Shown in pieces: positions 21,265 to 32,132 of a stretch of 64,000 nt of DNA. The notes under the pieces were generated by a model, which was not told the DNA's origin, made no database searches, and was given only the letters and a program-made list of their open reading frames with translations. Where the stretch lies: the NCBI GenBank assembly GCA_963744145.1, contig CAVUSO010000001.1, positions 6,176,001-6,240,000 of the forward strand, written 5' to 3'. Made by a program: the position numbers and the translations under genes. Within the stretch, counting starts at the first letter, position 1, and each line of letters opens with the position of its first letter. The stretch is from an uncultured cyanobacterium (GTDB taxonomy: Bacteria > Cyanobacteriota > Cyanobacteriia > Cyanobacteriales > CAWUOF01).

Positions 21265-21675
21265 ATGGCAAATTTAACGGGTGCTAATTTAAGTGAAACT
21301 AATATAACTTCAGCAAATTTAACAGGAGCAGATTTGACTAAAGCTAATTTACAAAATGCTCAATTGAATCAAGTAGTATTTAATAATAATAAATTAATAG
21401 AAGTCTGTTTACTAGGAGCAAAAATTGTCAATACTAAGTTAAAGGGATTAGACTTAACCAAAGCGAATTTATGTGGTACTAATCTAAGTAATTTAGATAT
21501 GACTGAGGCAAATTTAACTTCTGCTAATTTAGTCGGAGCAAATCTACAAGGTGCCAATCTAGAAAGGGCTAACTTAAAAGAAGCAAACTTAACTGGTGCT
21601 AATCTGAAAAATGCCAAATTAAATGGTGCTATTCTAACTGGTGCAATTATGCCCGATGGGTCAATTCATGAATAG
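21265..21675 (+). pseudogene. pentapeptide-repeat protein, probably 5'-truncated
   Basis: ANLTG repeats ending GAIMPDGSIHE; repeats continue upstream to about 21175 and break at HIP1-rich DNA. Confidence 0.7.
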
Positions 21676-21809
21676 TGTTTATTGGCGATCGCTCTTAATC
21701 CCGCAACTGTGACTTATTGGTAGCGATCGCACTAAACCAGTCCCTAATCTGACAGTAGCCCCAGTAACAGCAGAGCTTAATTTTCTGAGAATTGCGATCG
21801 CCCCAATCC

Positions 21810-23281
21810 CAATACGGTTCGGTTAAGCTTTAAGCAGTATTGAGGATAGAAAAATTGAGGGTTTCATGTTTAACTCCCTGACCTCTATGAATTGGTTTCT
21901 TGGATGGAAATTTGGCGCGAGTTTTTTTAATAACACGAGGGTTACTTCTACCTTCACGTTTGGGAATTGGTTCATCCAAAATTTCCCTGATCAACCAACT
22001 AAAAAAAAGGGGAAATTCTTCTGGTTGAAGGCGCTGAAATTTGGGAATAGCACGACGGACAACATTGAGAGTACCAGTAAAACTCAATCGTAAAGGGGAG
22101 ATGTGAGCAGAGGTGGCCGCGGTCAACATGAGAGAACGAACCGCCCAATGTCCGAGGAGCCAACCATAAATTTCCTGAACCACTTCACGGGGATGAAGAG
22201 AACGAATCAGAGTTTTACGTCCCAATTGATGAACCTTCAATTCATCGATAGTATTTTCAACTTCCCAACGACGATGATATTCTGTGGCTAATAATAAAGC
22301 TGGAAATAAAGCGATGTCCGTCAAACTGGTAATCAGACGGTAAGTTTGTGCTTCGCCATTATCAATAGTGTATTCAATGACTCGAACCATAATTTTGGTC
22401 ATGCCCTGTTTTTTCGACTTGCCGTCGGGAGCAATCCAGGAGAGATAGGAACCATCATCCAATACCTGCTCCACAGGAAATTTAACATTTTTGGGGATGC
22501 GTCCCAAATAATCACATTTTTGGGACAAGGTGGCTTGCACCATTGCATAAGAATGCAATCCACGATCCCACATTAATAACATTCCAGTGGTGACTGACCG
22601 TAGTAACCTTTTCACTCTGACTCGCTCACCGATTCGGTAAGGGCAGATCAAGGCATCTACAATTAAATGTGTTCCTGCTTCAATCAATAGAACCAAACGC
22701 ACCTTGGGAAACGCGGCTCTAGTTCCAGGACGACTAGCTGGATATCCAAATACTCTGGCATTTGTGTCGCTATCTGGCACATCAAACACTGTTCCATCTA
22801 CAGCCATAATTCGCTTTTCACCTAAAAAAGCCCCTGGGGTTTCCCTAGTAGCCTGTGGTCTAACTACTATGTGAAACAGATGCCGCATTACCCCTGCACC
22901 TACTCGCTGTCTAGCTTCTGTAATTGATGATTTACATGGTATTCGCCAATAATAACTAACTCTGACCCATGCTTCATTTAAGCCATCAACCAGATTTTTC
23001 AACACTGTCCTCATTGACCCCCTAGACCATAGACTCATCCCAATGATTAGACAGATAACCAGATGCGTTGGTAATGCTCTTTGTCGTTCCTCTTTTCTAT
23101 TGGTATCTTCAATGGCTTTTTCAATTGCTGTCGATGGAATCGCTGTTTCTAACGCTTTGAGGATCATCCCTGATTCGACCACAGGTGATATTACAGTGAA
23201 TTCTTTGAGCTGCATTCCTACTCATTCCATTTAGGTGACACTTTCATTTTACCTGATTTTTAGCTTAACCGAACCGTATTG
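21810..23281 (-). mobile_element. complete IS4-family insertion sequence
   Basis: 19-bp TIRs CAATACGGTTCGGTTAAGC (21810-21828 / 23263-23281); 10-bp target duplication GCCCCAATCC (21800-21809, 23282-23291). Confidence 0.93.
21830..23215 (-). CDS. IS4-family DDE transposase
   Basis: MAVDGT, LMWDRG, YHRRWEVENTIDELK (YREK motif). Confidence 0.93.
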   Translation of the reverse strand: MQLKEFTVISPVVESGMILKALETAIPSTAIEKAIEDTNRKEERQRALPTHLVICLIIGMSLWSRGSMRTVLKNLVDGLNEAWVRVSYYWRIPCKSSITEARQRVGAGVMRHLFHIVVRPQATRETPGAFLGEKRIMAVDGTVFDVPDSDTNARVFGYPASRPGTRAAFPKVRLVLLIEAGTHLIVDALICPYRIGERVRVKRLLRSVTTGMLLMWDRGLHSYAMVQATLSQKCDYLGRIPKNVKFPVEQVLDDGSYLSWIAPDGKSKKQGMTKIMVRVIEYTIDNGEAQTYRLITSLTDIALFPALLLATEYHRRWEVENTIDELKVHQLGRKTLIRSLHPREVVQEIYGWLLGHWAVRSLMLTAATSAHISPLRLSFTGTLNVVRRAIPKFQRLQPEEFPLFFSWLIREILDEPIPKREGRSNPRVIKKTRAKFPSKKPIHRGQGVKHETLNFSILNTA

Positions 23282-23503
23282 GCCCCAATCCGTTTGACTA
23301 ACTCATACCCCATATTGGCCATTCAGAGAAAAGCGATCGCCTATTTCTAAAGAATTTTGAGCAGAATTCCAAAATTGATACAAACTCAATCGAAAGTCGA
23401 TGAATTCTCAAATACTCTATCAAGAACTCAAGTTAGTATAGATATAACTGCAATTAACAAAACCCTATTCCTAAAATAGGAAAACCAAAATAAGGAGTTA
23501 ATC

Positions 23504-24016
23504 ATGAAAAAGACACATAAAAAATGGCATCTTTTTATCTTAAGGATATTTATTATTATTTGTAGTATCGTTAGTTTATTCATATTATTAGATTGGTTTT
23601 TGAATGATTGGTTTTTTAATGATTTTTTAACGACGGCTAAAAATAGTAAGGAATCAGAGGCAAGAGGTTTTATTCATTACAGCAATAGAGCGCAACAAGC
23701 TTATTTTCTAGAAAATCGACATTTTGTTTATTCATTTGATGAATCAAAGGTAATAAATACTTATTATATTAATCCAGACAATTATAGTCGTTCAATGAAG
23801 AATCTAGGTAATGTTGTCTTTACCTATACAACTTCCCGCAATCATCATCTAAAAAGTTTTGTGGGTGTAGTTTTTATATCATCAAAAGGAAATCTTACAA
23901 CTGGTGTATGTAAAACAATTTATCCTAGTCAAATTACTGCTCCCGATCCAATTATTAAAGATGATAAAATTATTTGTGCTGATGGTACAGAGGATGAGAA
24001 CATTTACCACTATTAA
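23504..24016 (+). CDS. type IV pilin-like G/H family protein
   Basis: N-terminal TM helix, KESEARGFIHYSNRAQQAYFLEN, LKSFVGVV..C...C; AAGGAG RBS. Confidence 0.8.
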   Translation: MKKTHKKWHLFILRIFIIICSIVSLFILLDWFLNDWFFNDFLTTAKNSKESEARGFIHYSNRAQQAYFLENRHFVYSFDESKVINTYYINPDNYSRSMKNLGNVVFTYTTSRNHHLKSFVGVVFISSKGNLTTGVCKTIYPSQITAPDPIIKDDKIICADGTEDENIYHY

Positions 24017-24119
24017 TTTATAACTCTAACTATTTATTATTGGCCTGTAACCCTACCAAAACTCAGGATATTTGTATCTACCCTGCACGTTGCCGATATA
24101 TTGTTATCGATTATGTAGT

Positions 24120-24330
24120 ATGAAAAACGAATTTAATGCCAAATTCTTAGAACAACTCAACCAGAAAAAACATAATAAAGGTTTTACTATAATTGATTTG
24201 CAAATTATTCTTTTCATCGTTGGTATTTTTGGCTGTTATTACTCTACCATCTTTCCTAAATAGCGCCCCGCATTGTGACAACAAGCGAGTCGAAGGTAGG
24301 AGAGCAGTTGGTGCTGTTAACCTGTTACCT
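24120..24330 (+). pseudogene. frameshifted, truncated prepilin (G/H family)
   Basis: MKNEFNAKFLEQL..KGFTIIDL prepilin site; frameshift in a T-run into LAVITLPSFLN..EGRRAVGAVN. Confidence 0.7.
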
Positions 24331-24902
24331 ACAAACCGTGTCAGAAACTGGTATTACTTGTACTGGTGGAGCTTTAATGCAATAGTCGAAGGTGATATTT
24401 GCGATCGCTCTCATCCAACTCTGAAAAATGCGATCGCCCCCATTACCCAGTATTATTCTCTCGTGAAGGTCTGAAATATTTCAAACCTTTTGCCGTGAGC
24501 CCAGTCGAATAGTTGCACATCCATCGGCAGCCAGTATCGCACCAGCACAAATATACCACCCCGAAAATGTGATCGCCCAAATATCCCCATCGACCAGATA
24601 GCAGGACGATCATATTGCAACTAGACTTCAGAATAGCGATCGCTCTCCACCCGTCTCAACTGCGATCGCACCCAGTAGAATCAGAGTCTAATTTCCTGAG
24701 AAATGCGATCGCTCATATCAACGCGAAATTATTATTCTTCCATCAAATTTTGAAATAATTCGTAAACTGATAACCAAAAGTGGTTAATTTTTGATTTTAT
24801 TTATTAACTATAGAAAAATATTAAGAAATGTAATTGCGAAGTAAAAACCTATTAAAAATTATGTAGTATTGGTAATCAAAGAAAAATATCCGAGGTAAAA
24901 CC

Positions 24903-25835
24903 ATGTCTGATGAATTGATTACCACACTAGAAGGCCATACCAGTTGGGTTGTTGCAGTAGCATTTAGTCCTGATGGCAAACTAATTGCTTCAGCGAGTAA
25001 TGATTCTACTATCAAATTGTGGAATGCAGCTACTTATAATTTGATAGCTACCCTCACAGGTGGAAATCTTTACAATTCAGTAGTATTTAGTCCAGATAGT
25101 AAACTATTGATCTCAGCTGGTGATCATCGTCCAAAAAGCGGAACAATCCCAATATCCCCAATCGTGCTATGGGATGTAGCAAGCGGAAAGACTTTAAGAG
25201 GTTTCTTCGGTTATAACAATGTTGCCAAGTCTGTCGCATTTAGTCCAGATGGAAAACTTTTAGCGTTTGGGACTGGTGGTAACAGTGATGCTCGTAAAGT
25301 TTCAGGGATTTTAGATATCAATAATATCCGTGATGCCAAGATTGAGTTCCCTAATCAAAGTAACTTAGTAAGAGCGGTGGCTTTTAGTCCAGACAGTAAA
25401 TTTCTTGCGACGGGAACTGAGCAAAGAGTTGTTCAACTGTTTGATGCAGCAACAGGTGAGTTGAAAGCTACTGGTGATGCTCATCGAAGTCGTGTAAATT
25501 CAGTAGCATTTAGTCCTGATGGCAGCATTCTAGTATCAGTCAGTGAGGATAAGTCTTTGAAATTTTGGGATGCAACAACGTTGGTACTCAAAAGATCCTT
25601 AGATGCCCACAAGAAATCAATTACTGCTGTTGCGTTTAGCTCTGATGGCAAGCTTTTGGCTACAGGAAGTGAGGATTATTCTGCTAAGTTATGGGATGCT
25701 AATACATTAGCACTCAAAGCTACCTATGTAGGGCATCAAAATTTTGTGAATTCTGTGGCGTTTAGCCCTGATGGCACAGTTCTGGTTACTGGAAGTGATG
25801 ATAAGACACTTAAGTTATGGCAGGTAAAGCCTTGA
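24903..25835 (+). CDS. WD40-repeat protein
   Basis: about 7 GH..V.SVAFSPDG..LA.GS.D..KLW repeats; GAGG RBS. Confidence 0.92.
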   Translation: MSDELITTLEGHTSWVVAVAFSPDGKLIASASNDSTIKLWNAATYNLIATLTGGNLYNSVVFSPDSKLLISAGDHRPKSGTIPISPIVLWDVASGKTLRGFFGYNNVAKSVAFSPDGKLLAFGTGGNSDARKVSGILDINNIRDAKIEFPNQSNLVRAVAFSPDSKFLATGTEQRVVQLFDAATGELKATGDAHRSRVNSVAFSPDGSILVSVSEDKSLKFWDATTLVLKRSLDAHKKSITAVAFSSDGKLLATGSEDYSAKLWDANTLALKATYVGHQNFVNSVAFSPDGTVLVTGSDDKTLKLWQVKP

Positions 25836-26245
25836 TGTGTTTTTATTCTAACTAAAGGGAAGAAGATGAACTTGCGATCGCACCTATCCAGACCAACAAA
25901 AGCGATCGCACCCGTATCCAGACCAACAAGTGCATCGCACCCATACCCATATCAACAAAATGCGATCGCCCAAATTATCAGTTAGTGATTATTCTCTTAT
26001 CAAGGTTTAAATAACTTCAAAAGTTTCTCAAAATCAGCCATTTTGACTGGAATAGCGATCGCACTTTCCCAATATTATCTCAATTGCGATCGCACCAATC
26101 ATTTCCCTTTCATGTTCCACTTCTCCCACATTTGCCGATTGAAAGGCGATCGCTCTCCACCCGTCACAACTGCGATCGCACCTCACCGAATATGGACAAC
26201 TGAGAAATATGGGTAATTAAGGAATTACCCGATTCACCAAAATGA

Positions 26246-27070
26246 TTAACGGGAGATAGCCCCCACCTGTCGAAATTCAGGATAGCCTTTTCGTTGATTT
26301 CTAGCTAATGGTGCAGCCATTAGTAAAATCTTTTCTAATAGCCAAGGGGAAAAACGTTGACACCATACGGCTAAATGACTTTGCCATCCGACTAAGATTT
26401 CCTCAGTATCTTTAGCGAGTCCAGTGATCAGTGCTTTGGCTACTTGTTCGGGAGTCATGACCACTACCCACCGAAACCATTGTAAGTCTCTGACCATATC
26501 TGTATCCGTCAGAGATGGTAATAAAGCTATTACCCGAATATTGTATTGAGCAAGTTCTCCTCGGAGTGCTTGAGTAAAACCTAAAATGGCAAATTTGGTA
26601 GCAGAATAAGTTGCCATTGTTGGGGCTGCAACTTTACCCATTAAGCTAGAAACATTGACAATTGTACCGACATTTTGGGTTGCCATCCGTCTAGCAACTA
26701 AACGAGTAATCGCGTACATTCCGATTAAATTAATGCTAATTTCTTCCTGGACATCTGGTAGTTGCGATTTCAAAAAAGGAGCTTGGTGGGCAACTCCAGC
26801 ACAGTTAATTAACAGATGAATTGGACCATAATCGCGCCAAGCTTGAGCGATCGCAATATTCATTTCAATTAACTTACTCAGATCCACTGGTAAAATCACA
26901 ACTTCTACCCCAAGGATCTCAATTTCCCTGGCAAGTTCTGCTAAACGTTCGCGATCGCGTGCTACCAATAATAGACGCTTCATTCCTTGCTTTGCTAACT
27001 CTAACGCGATCGCTCTCCCAATACCACGGGAAGCACCTGTAATTAGAGCTGTTTTACCTTGAATGTTCAT
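26246..27070 (-). CDS. SDR-family NAD(P)-dependent oxidoreductase
   Basis: TGASRGIG, NCAG, NVSS, YSATK. Confidence 0.93.
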   Translation of the reverse strand: MNIQGKTALITGASRGIGRAIALELAKQGMKRLLLVARDRERLAELAREIEILGVEVVILPVDLSKLIEMNIAIAQAWRDYGPIHLLINCAGVAHQAPFLKSQLPDVQEEISINLIGMYAITRLVARRMATQNVGTIVNVSSLMGKVAAPTMATYSATKFAILGFTQALRGELAQYNIRVIALLPSLTDTDMVRDLQWFRWVVVMTPEQVAKALITGLAKDTEEILVGWQSHLAVWCQRFSPWLLEKILLMAAPLARNQRKGYPEFRQVGAISR

Positions 27071-27798
27071 AAATTAAACCTCATTGTATTGCCAAATTGT
27101 TACGTGACTAGACCCTATCCCTCATTAAAAAATTCATCAGTATCATATTGAGGGACAGTTATCACTCGCACAATTTGATGTCAAGATGGCTCAACATTTC
27201 TCAGTCTTACTCTTAGTAAACTTTTGATCTACTACCCTGAGAAATATTTTTGATTTAATCTTCATTAAGCTGACAATTCTAGCTTTGGGTTCATGACGAG
27301 AATCAATTAGTTGATGATGATGAGCCAGAGTGATTGTAGAGCATAGATGGCACGTCTCCTATATGCGAGCATTGACCCCAAGCAATCCATACGCATAATC
27401 TAGCAACTAAATCAAGAATTTGCAACATTTTTTTATAAATTATCTGTAACATTTCTTTACAAATACCTGAAATCCTTATATATAGGTGGTTTTAAGCCTA
27501 ATTAAGAAAATGCCAAATAAGAGTGGACATGGTGATTGTTGATGACTGTCCCACTAATGGAGTCAGGGTCTAGACCAGAAAAAACTGGAAATTTCCGTAA
27601 ACCGATCGATGCCCAATGAATTGTGTATAGTATTATCTTATACCAATTATCAGGTCATCTAAAATTTAGAAATTCCCTTATTTAAGGAGTAGAAAAATTC
27701 TCTAAAAATAGGCGATAATTTAATCAGTATTTTAAGTTCTAGACCAGATTGATTACAACTGTATTTGGATAGAAATAAATTTGTGGAAAAAGAAATAT

Positions 27799-28593
27799 AT
27801 GAGTGAAAACCAAAACATCATACCTTCGGTTTTTGAACGCAGTAGATCAGATAGCATTCTGGAAAAACTACCTCCAAAAGCTAAAGAATGGGCAGAAAGT
27901 TTACCTTGGGAGCAGCGTCGTTATTTATTGTCAATCAGTCATCTGATCTGTGCAGCTACTCCCGATCTGCAAGCAGAATTTTTAGATGATTATACAGCGG
28001 ATGGTTTAGTAGCGAGAATGCTACAAGACCGAGACACTCAAGCTAGAGTAAAAAAATATCTGAGAAGATTTCGGATTAAAACTCAACTAGATGCAACAAT
28101 TTTAAGAGGTTATATCAGACAATTTTTTATCCATTCAGCTCAAGATGCAAGAAGACAACCAGCTCTCTACCTAGAATCGGCATTACGATTAGTAGTTAGC
28201 ACAGAAGAACAAAATCATTTTTTTAATTATTCCTTAGGATTTGAGATCCTAAAAATGATATTTCAAATGAGTTGGTTACAACAAGAAAGATTAACAAAAT
28301 TACAAAAGAATCAAGAATTTTTTATTAAAACCTATATCAAACCGATTCAATATACCCACAGAATTAATCGTCTTGTTGTGCCTAAACATGAAAGAGTATT
28401 TTTTGCCAAACGGGATTATTTTGTGCAAGAACCAGAAATTTCGGAAAGAAAATTGGTCGAGCTAGTCATAGCTACCTTTACAACTGAAATAGTAACAGAA
28501 TTGGGATTCTATCTGATTCGCCATGCCGGATTTTTATTGTTTGACTACGATTATATTTATGCCGAGGAAGCAGAAGGAATTTTTCCTCAGTAA
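27799..28593 (+). CDS. conserved cyanobacterial hypothetical protein
   Basis: long ORF (EWAESLPWEQRRY...EFLDDYTADGL); no catalytic motif recognised. Confidence 0.75.
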   Translation: MSENQNIIPSVFERSRSDSILEKLPPKAKEWAESLPWEQRRYLLSISHLICAATPDLQAEFLDDYTADGLVARMLQDRDTQARVKKYLRRFRIKTQLDATILRGYIRQFFIHSAQDARRQPALYLESALRLVVSTEEQNHFFNYSLGFEILKMIFQMSWLQQERLTKLQKNQEFFIKTYIKPIQYTHRINRLVVPKHERVFFAKRDYFVQEPEISERKLVELVIATFTTEIVTELGFYLIRHAGFLLFDYDYIYAEEAEGIFPQ

Positions 28594-28684
28594 ACCAAAG
28601 ATTCTGGCTGTGGGGAGCGAGTGATCCCAATTGCTACAATCTAATGTCAAGGGTAAAATCGTGGGAAAGTCTTAGAACCGCAAC

Positions 28685-30217
28685 ATGGACTGGATTACCC
28701 CACTCAAATCCCAACAAAATGACTTTATCCTCCGACTAAAGTCTGATTCGGCCCATATCCTGGGGACAAAGATCCCTGGTTGTCATAGTGAATTGGTCAC
28801 GATCGCACCAAAGCGATTCAAAGAAATCCGTTCTCTCTGTCGCAAGCTAGTCTTAAAATCTGAGCAAACAATTCCAGTCCGAGAGGTTTTGCTCACCCAC
28901 TTACGAGTGCAATTAGCCGAAGAGGTAATATCTACCTGCTTAAATGATTTCGTCAATCAAGTCGATCCCGAATATCGACTGATGATGAAGAGTAGCAAAA
29001 GTTTTACGGTAAAAACTAATTCAAACATTGGGATTGGGGTAAAAGCTGATACTGGCAATATTGATACAATTCGATGGGTAATTACTGCCGAAGATGTGAA
29101 ACAAAATGCAGTCCTAGTCTGCATTTTCATGCCAGAAGAGGTAACTGAAGACTTATCTGAGTATAGTCCAATCCTGGCTGGATTTTTGCCGACTCAGATG
29201 CTGAAACTAGCTGATGGGGAAAGCTCCCTCGCTTTAGGAGACTTGCTCTATGGGGGTGGATTACGCGGTTATTTAGAATCCTTAAGCTCCGAACAAACAT
29301 CCCAGGAATGGCTGCGTCCACTCAAGGGACGTTTAAACTTTGGTTATCCAGTCGCCATTAGTGCTGATAGTAGCACCCTCGCTAGTTGTAGTTATGATGG
29401 GAAAATTTCCCTCTGGCTGCTCCATGATGGTAATCAAGAAACACTAGAGCGATCGCTATTAAGGACATTTTCTGGGCATTCTTGGTCATTTGGGCCAGTT
29501 TCTCTCAACCCAGAAGGACGAGTCTCTCCGAGTAGTTCTGAACCACCTATGATCCCCTGGGAAGAGTCTAAGGGACAATTAGTCAGCACCATGATCGCCC
29601 ATAATAGCGGGATCAGTTGTGTAGCCTTGAGTAGGGATGGCCAAATTCTCGCCAGTGGTGGTTATGATGGGACAATCAAGATTTGGCAGCCAGATACTGG
29701 TCAATTACGGATGACCTTACCTGGACATTCCCAAACCGTGAAACTGATCACCATTAGTAATGATGGTCACACCCTGGTCAGTGGTACAGATCAAACGATC
29801 AAGGTGTGGAGTTTGGTGAATTGTGCCTTATTACATACCTTTTCTAGTCAAACCGGGGGTGTCCTGGCGATCGCGATTAGTCCCGATGGTCATCTGCTCG
29901 CTAGTGGTGGCCAAGACGGGACCATTAAACTGCGGGACTTACATACAGGTGAATTAAGAAACACTTTTTCTGGTCATGCGGGAATGGTGCTAGGGATTAC
30001 CATGAGTCCCGATGGCCAGACTTTGGCGACAACTGGGATCGAAAAAACGATCAAAACCTGGGACTTGAACAGTGGTAAACAGAAAAGTACCCTCACCGGT
30101 CTGTCTGATCCAGTGATTGCTTTAGCGATCGATTCCGCCGAGTCTAAAGTTGCCCTAAATTTATTTCGTTATTCTGAACCAGGTTGGAGAGAATCCTCGG
30201 CTCTAACTACGGAATAA
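28685..30217 (+). CDS. WD40-repeat protein with uncharacterised N-terminal domain
   Basis: C-terminal GH..V..AISPDG..LASGG.DGTIKIW repeats. Confidence 0.85.
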   Translation: MDWITPLKSQQNDFILRLKSDSAHILGTKIPGCHSELVTIAPKRFKEIRSLCRKLVLKSEQTIPVREVLLTHLRVQLAEEVISTCLNDFVNQVDPEYRLMMKSSKSFTVKTNSNIGIGVKADTGNIDTIRWVITAEDVKQNAVLVCIFMPEEVTEDLSEYSPILAGFLPTQMLKLADGESSLALGDLLYGGGLRGYLESLSSEQTSQEWLRPLKGRLNFGYPVAISADSSTLASCSYDGKISLWLLHDGNQETLERSLLRTFSGHSWSFGPVSLNPEGRVSPSSSEPPMIPWEESKGQLVSTMIAHNSGISCVALSRDGQILASGGYDGTIKIWQPDTGQLRMTLPGHSQTVKLITISNDGHTLVSGTDQTIKVWSLVNCALLHTFSSQTGGVLAIAISPDGHLLASGGQDGTIKLRDLHTGELRNTFSGHAGMVLGITMSPDGQTLATTGIEKTIKTWDLNSGKQKSTLTGLSDPVIALAIDSAESKVALNLFRYSEPGWRESSALTTE

Positions 30218-30291
30218 TCAGGTTTTCAGCTTGAGTTAGGGGTAGTGGTCTGAACTGATCTTGAAAAAATACATAAATTTGTAAATTTTCA

Positions 30292-30305
30292 GTAAAGTAC
30301 GATAC
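30292..30305. promoter_or_regulatory. NtcA box
   Basis: GTAAAGTACGATAC = GTA-N8-TAC, about 65 nt upstream of the PirA-like gene. Confidence 0.7.
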
Positions 30306-30369
30306 ATTTACCGCAAAAGGTGCTAACTTAAAAGTTAAGAACATAAATCAATTCAAAAAACTGTCCACC

Positions 30370-30528
30370 ATGAACATTAATCGTCAAGAACTCAAACAAA
30401 CCGCACAAACCCATCGTGCTAATGTCCAAAAAAACTTACAGCGTCGGTTAGAAGTGGCCCGTGCTAACGGAGACCAAGCTTTAATTCGTCAATTAGAAGA
30501 AGAAGCCCAATATCTAAGCCACGACTAA
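30370..30528 (+). CDS. pirA: PirA-like (Ssr0692-type) PII-interacting small protein, 52 aa; absent from ORF track
   Basis: HRANVQKNLQRRLEVARANGDQALIRQLEEEAQYL plus upstream NtcA box. Confidence 0.8.
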   Translation: MNINRQELKQTAQTHRANVQKNLQRRLEVARANGDQALIRQLEEEAQYLSHD

Positions 30529-30639
30529 GTTTGATTAGTCCCATCTAATGGTGATTCACCTTAAATTTGCTCAGATTAAACAATATACCTCAATGACAAG
30601 AGACGTCATCCCCAGCGTCTCTTGTCATTTCAGGAATAT

Positions 30640-32019
30640 TTAATGACCTCCAACTACCACATTTTTAATTCGGACATGGGGACCACCGACACTAACCGGA
30701 AGGGGCATCTGTCCACCTTTACCACAGCCACCATTGGTATAAATAGAATCGTTGCCGATCGCCTCAATATCCTTAAGTGTCTGAAAAACATTACCAGTAA
30801 GAGTAACATCACTGACGGGTTCGGCTAGTTGACCATTCCGAATCATATAGCCGACTGCTGCGGCAAAAGTAAACATCTCACCATTAGTTTGTCCACCGAG
30901 CATCCGCACGGCATAGACACCTTCTTCAATATCACTAATCATGTCCTGAAAAGAGCGATCACCGGCAGTAATCGCTGTATTTGTCATGCGTACAATTGGC
31001 GGATAGGTAGCACTTAAAGCACGAGCATTACCTGTCGGGGCTTCGTGCATTTTGCCAGCAGTTTCCCGATTATGCAAACGACCAGTTAAAATCCCATCCT
31101 TAATCAAATATTTGCGTTGGGCTGGTACACCTTCATCATCATAGGTCAAAGTACCTGGTAAACCAGGAATAGTGGCATCATCAATCACATTCAACTGTGC
31201 GATCGCCATAGGTTTACCGAGTTGCAATAATTCCTGCATCCGGGGATTTTCATAGACAAAATCAGCCTCCGATAGATGTCCAAAAGCTTCATGAATAAAG
31301 ACCCCAGCCAAATAAGGGTCTAAAATTACGGTATATTGTCCACCTTTAACTGATTTGGCCTCCAACTGCCCCACCGCTCGTTCGGCAGCACTGATCACTT
31401 GGGATTCGAGGTTAGTGAAAACATTAAAATCAGAACGAGAGTGGCAAGATTCATAACCTTGTCGGACTAAACCACCTTCTCCACGGGCGATCGCGCCAAA
31501 ACCAGCCGAAATATCTAAGCGTTCTTGGGCGATATTACTACCGAGGGAATTAACTAAATAGGTGACCCCAAACCGATCGCGCATACTGGTCATCGTCGTC
31601 TGAATCCGGGGATCAAATTTCAGCAACAACTGATTATAATGGTCTAATAAGTTGCGTTTTTCAGCCAGAGAAATTCCTCGGGGATCACGTTTTAATTCTA
31701 CCGCAACATAATCTTGGACTGGTGTGCTTTGGGCTAGCTCAGTTTTTTCTTTCCCGACTAACTTAGCTTGGGAGATAGCTTCTGCCATGCGATTCGTTAA
31801 TTCGTCTAATCCATTAAAAGTGACAAAACTCCAACCACCCTGGTGACAAGCGCGAATACCTCCAGCCAGAGCAAAATTTCGATCTACAGCATCAAGGCGA
31901 TCGCCTCGATAAGAAATAGAAGTTGACTCACTTTGTTCCAAACGTATTTCTAGATAATCCACCAGATTCCGTACTGGCGCGATCGCTGCTTGTAGTTGAT
32001 CTCGAATTGAATTGTCCAC
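30640..32019 (-). CDS. tldD: TldD/PmbA-family metalloprotease
   Basis: IHEAFGHLSEAD, YDDEG, VRMTNT, GCGKGGQ.PLPVSVGGPH. Confidence 0.9.
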   Translation of the reverse strand: MDNSIRDQLQAAIAPVRNLVDYLEIRLEQSESTSISYRGDRLDAVDRNFALAGGIRACHQGGWSFVTFNGLDELTNRMAEAISQAKLVGKEKTELAQSTPVQDYVAVELKRDPRGISLAEKRNLLDHYNQLLLKFDPRIQTTMTSMRDRFGVTYLVNSLGSNIAQERLDISAGFGAIARGEGGLVRQGYESCHSRSDFNVFTNLESQVISAAERAVGQLEAKSVKGGQYTVILDPYLAGVFIHEAFGHLSEADFVYENPRMQELLQLGKPMAIAQLNVIDDATIPGLPGTLTYDDEGVPAQRKYLIKDGILTGRLHNRETAGKMHEAPTGNARALSATYPPIVRMTNTAITAGDRSFQDMISDIEEGVYAVRMLGGQTNGEMFTFAAAVGYMIRNGQLAEPVSDVTLTGNVFQTLKDIEAIGNDSIYTNGGCGKGGQMPLPVSVGGPHVRIKNVVVGGH

Positions 32020-32132
32020 GCTTTCCCACCTATTGCAAATTAATTCTGATTTAATCTCAGTCTAATCTTTGTGGGTTAAGTGTGCCGACGACAAGCTCCT
32101 AACAACTGAAAAACTCTAAGCAGCCATCATGG

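Noticed and set aside
26246..27070. HetN-type patterning SDR
   Set aside because: No RGSGR motif; the equivalent position reads TQNVGT
27445..27461. NtcA-like palindrome TGTAACATTTCTTTACA
   Set aside because: Spacer is 9 nt, not 8
30640..32019. TldD as a dedicated maturation protease for the peptides
   Set aside because: About 10 kb away, TldD is a common housekeeping gene, and the transporter has its own C39 peptidase
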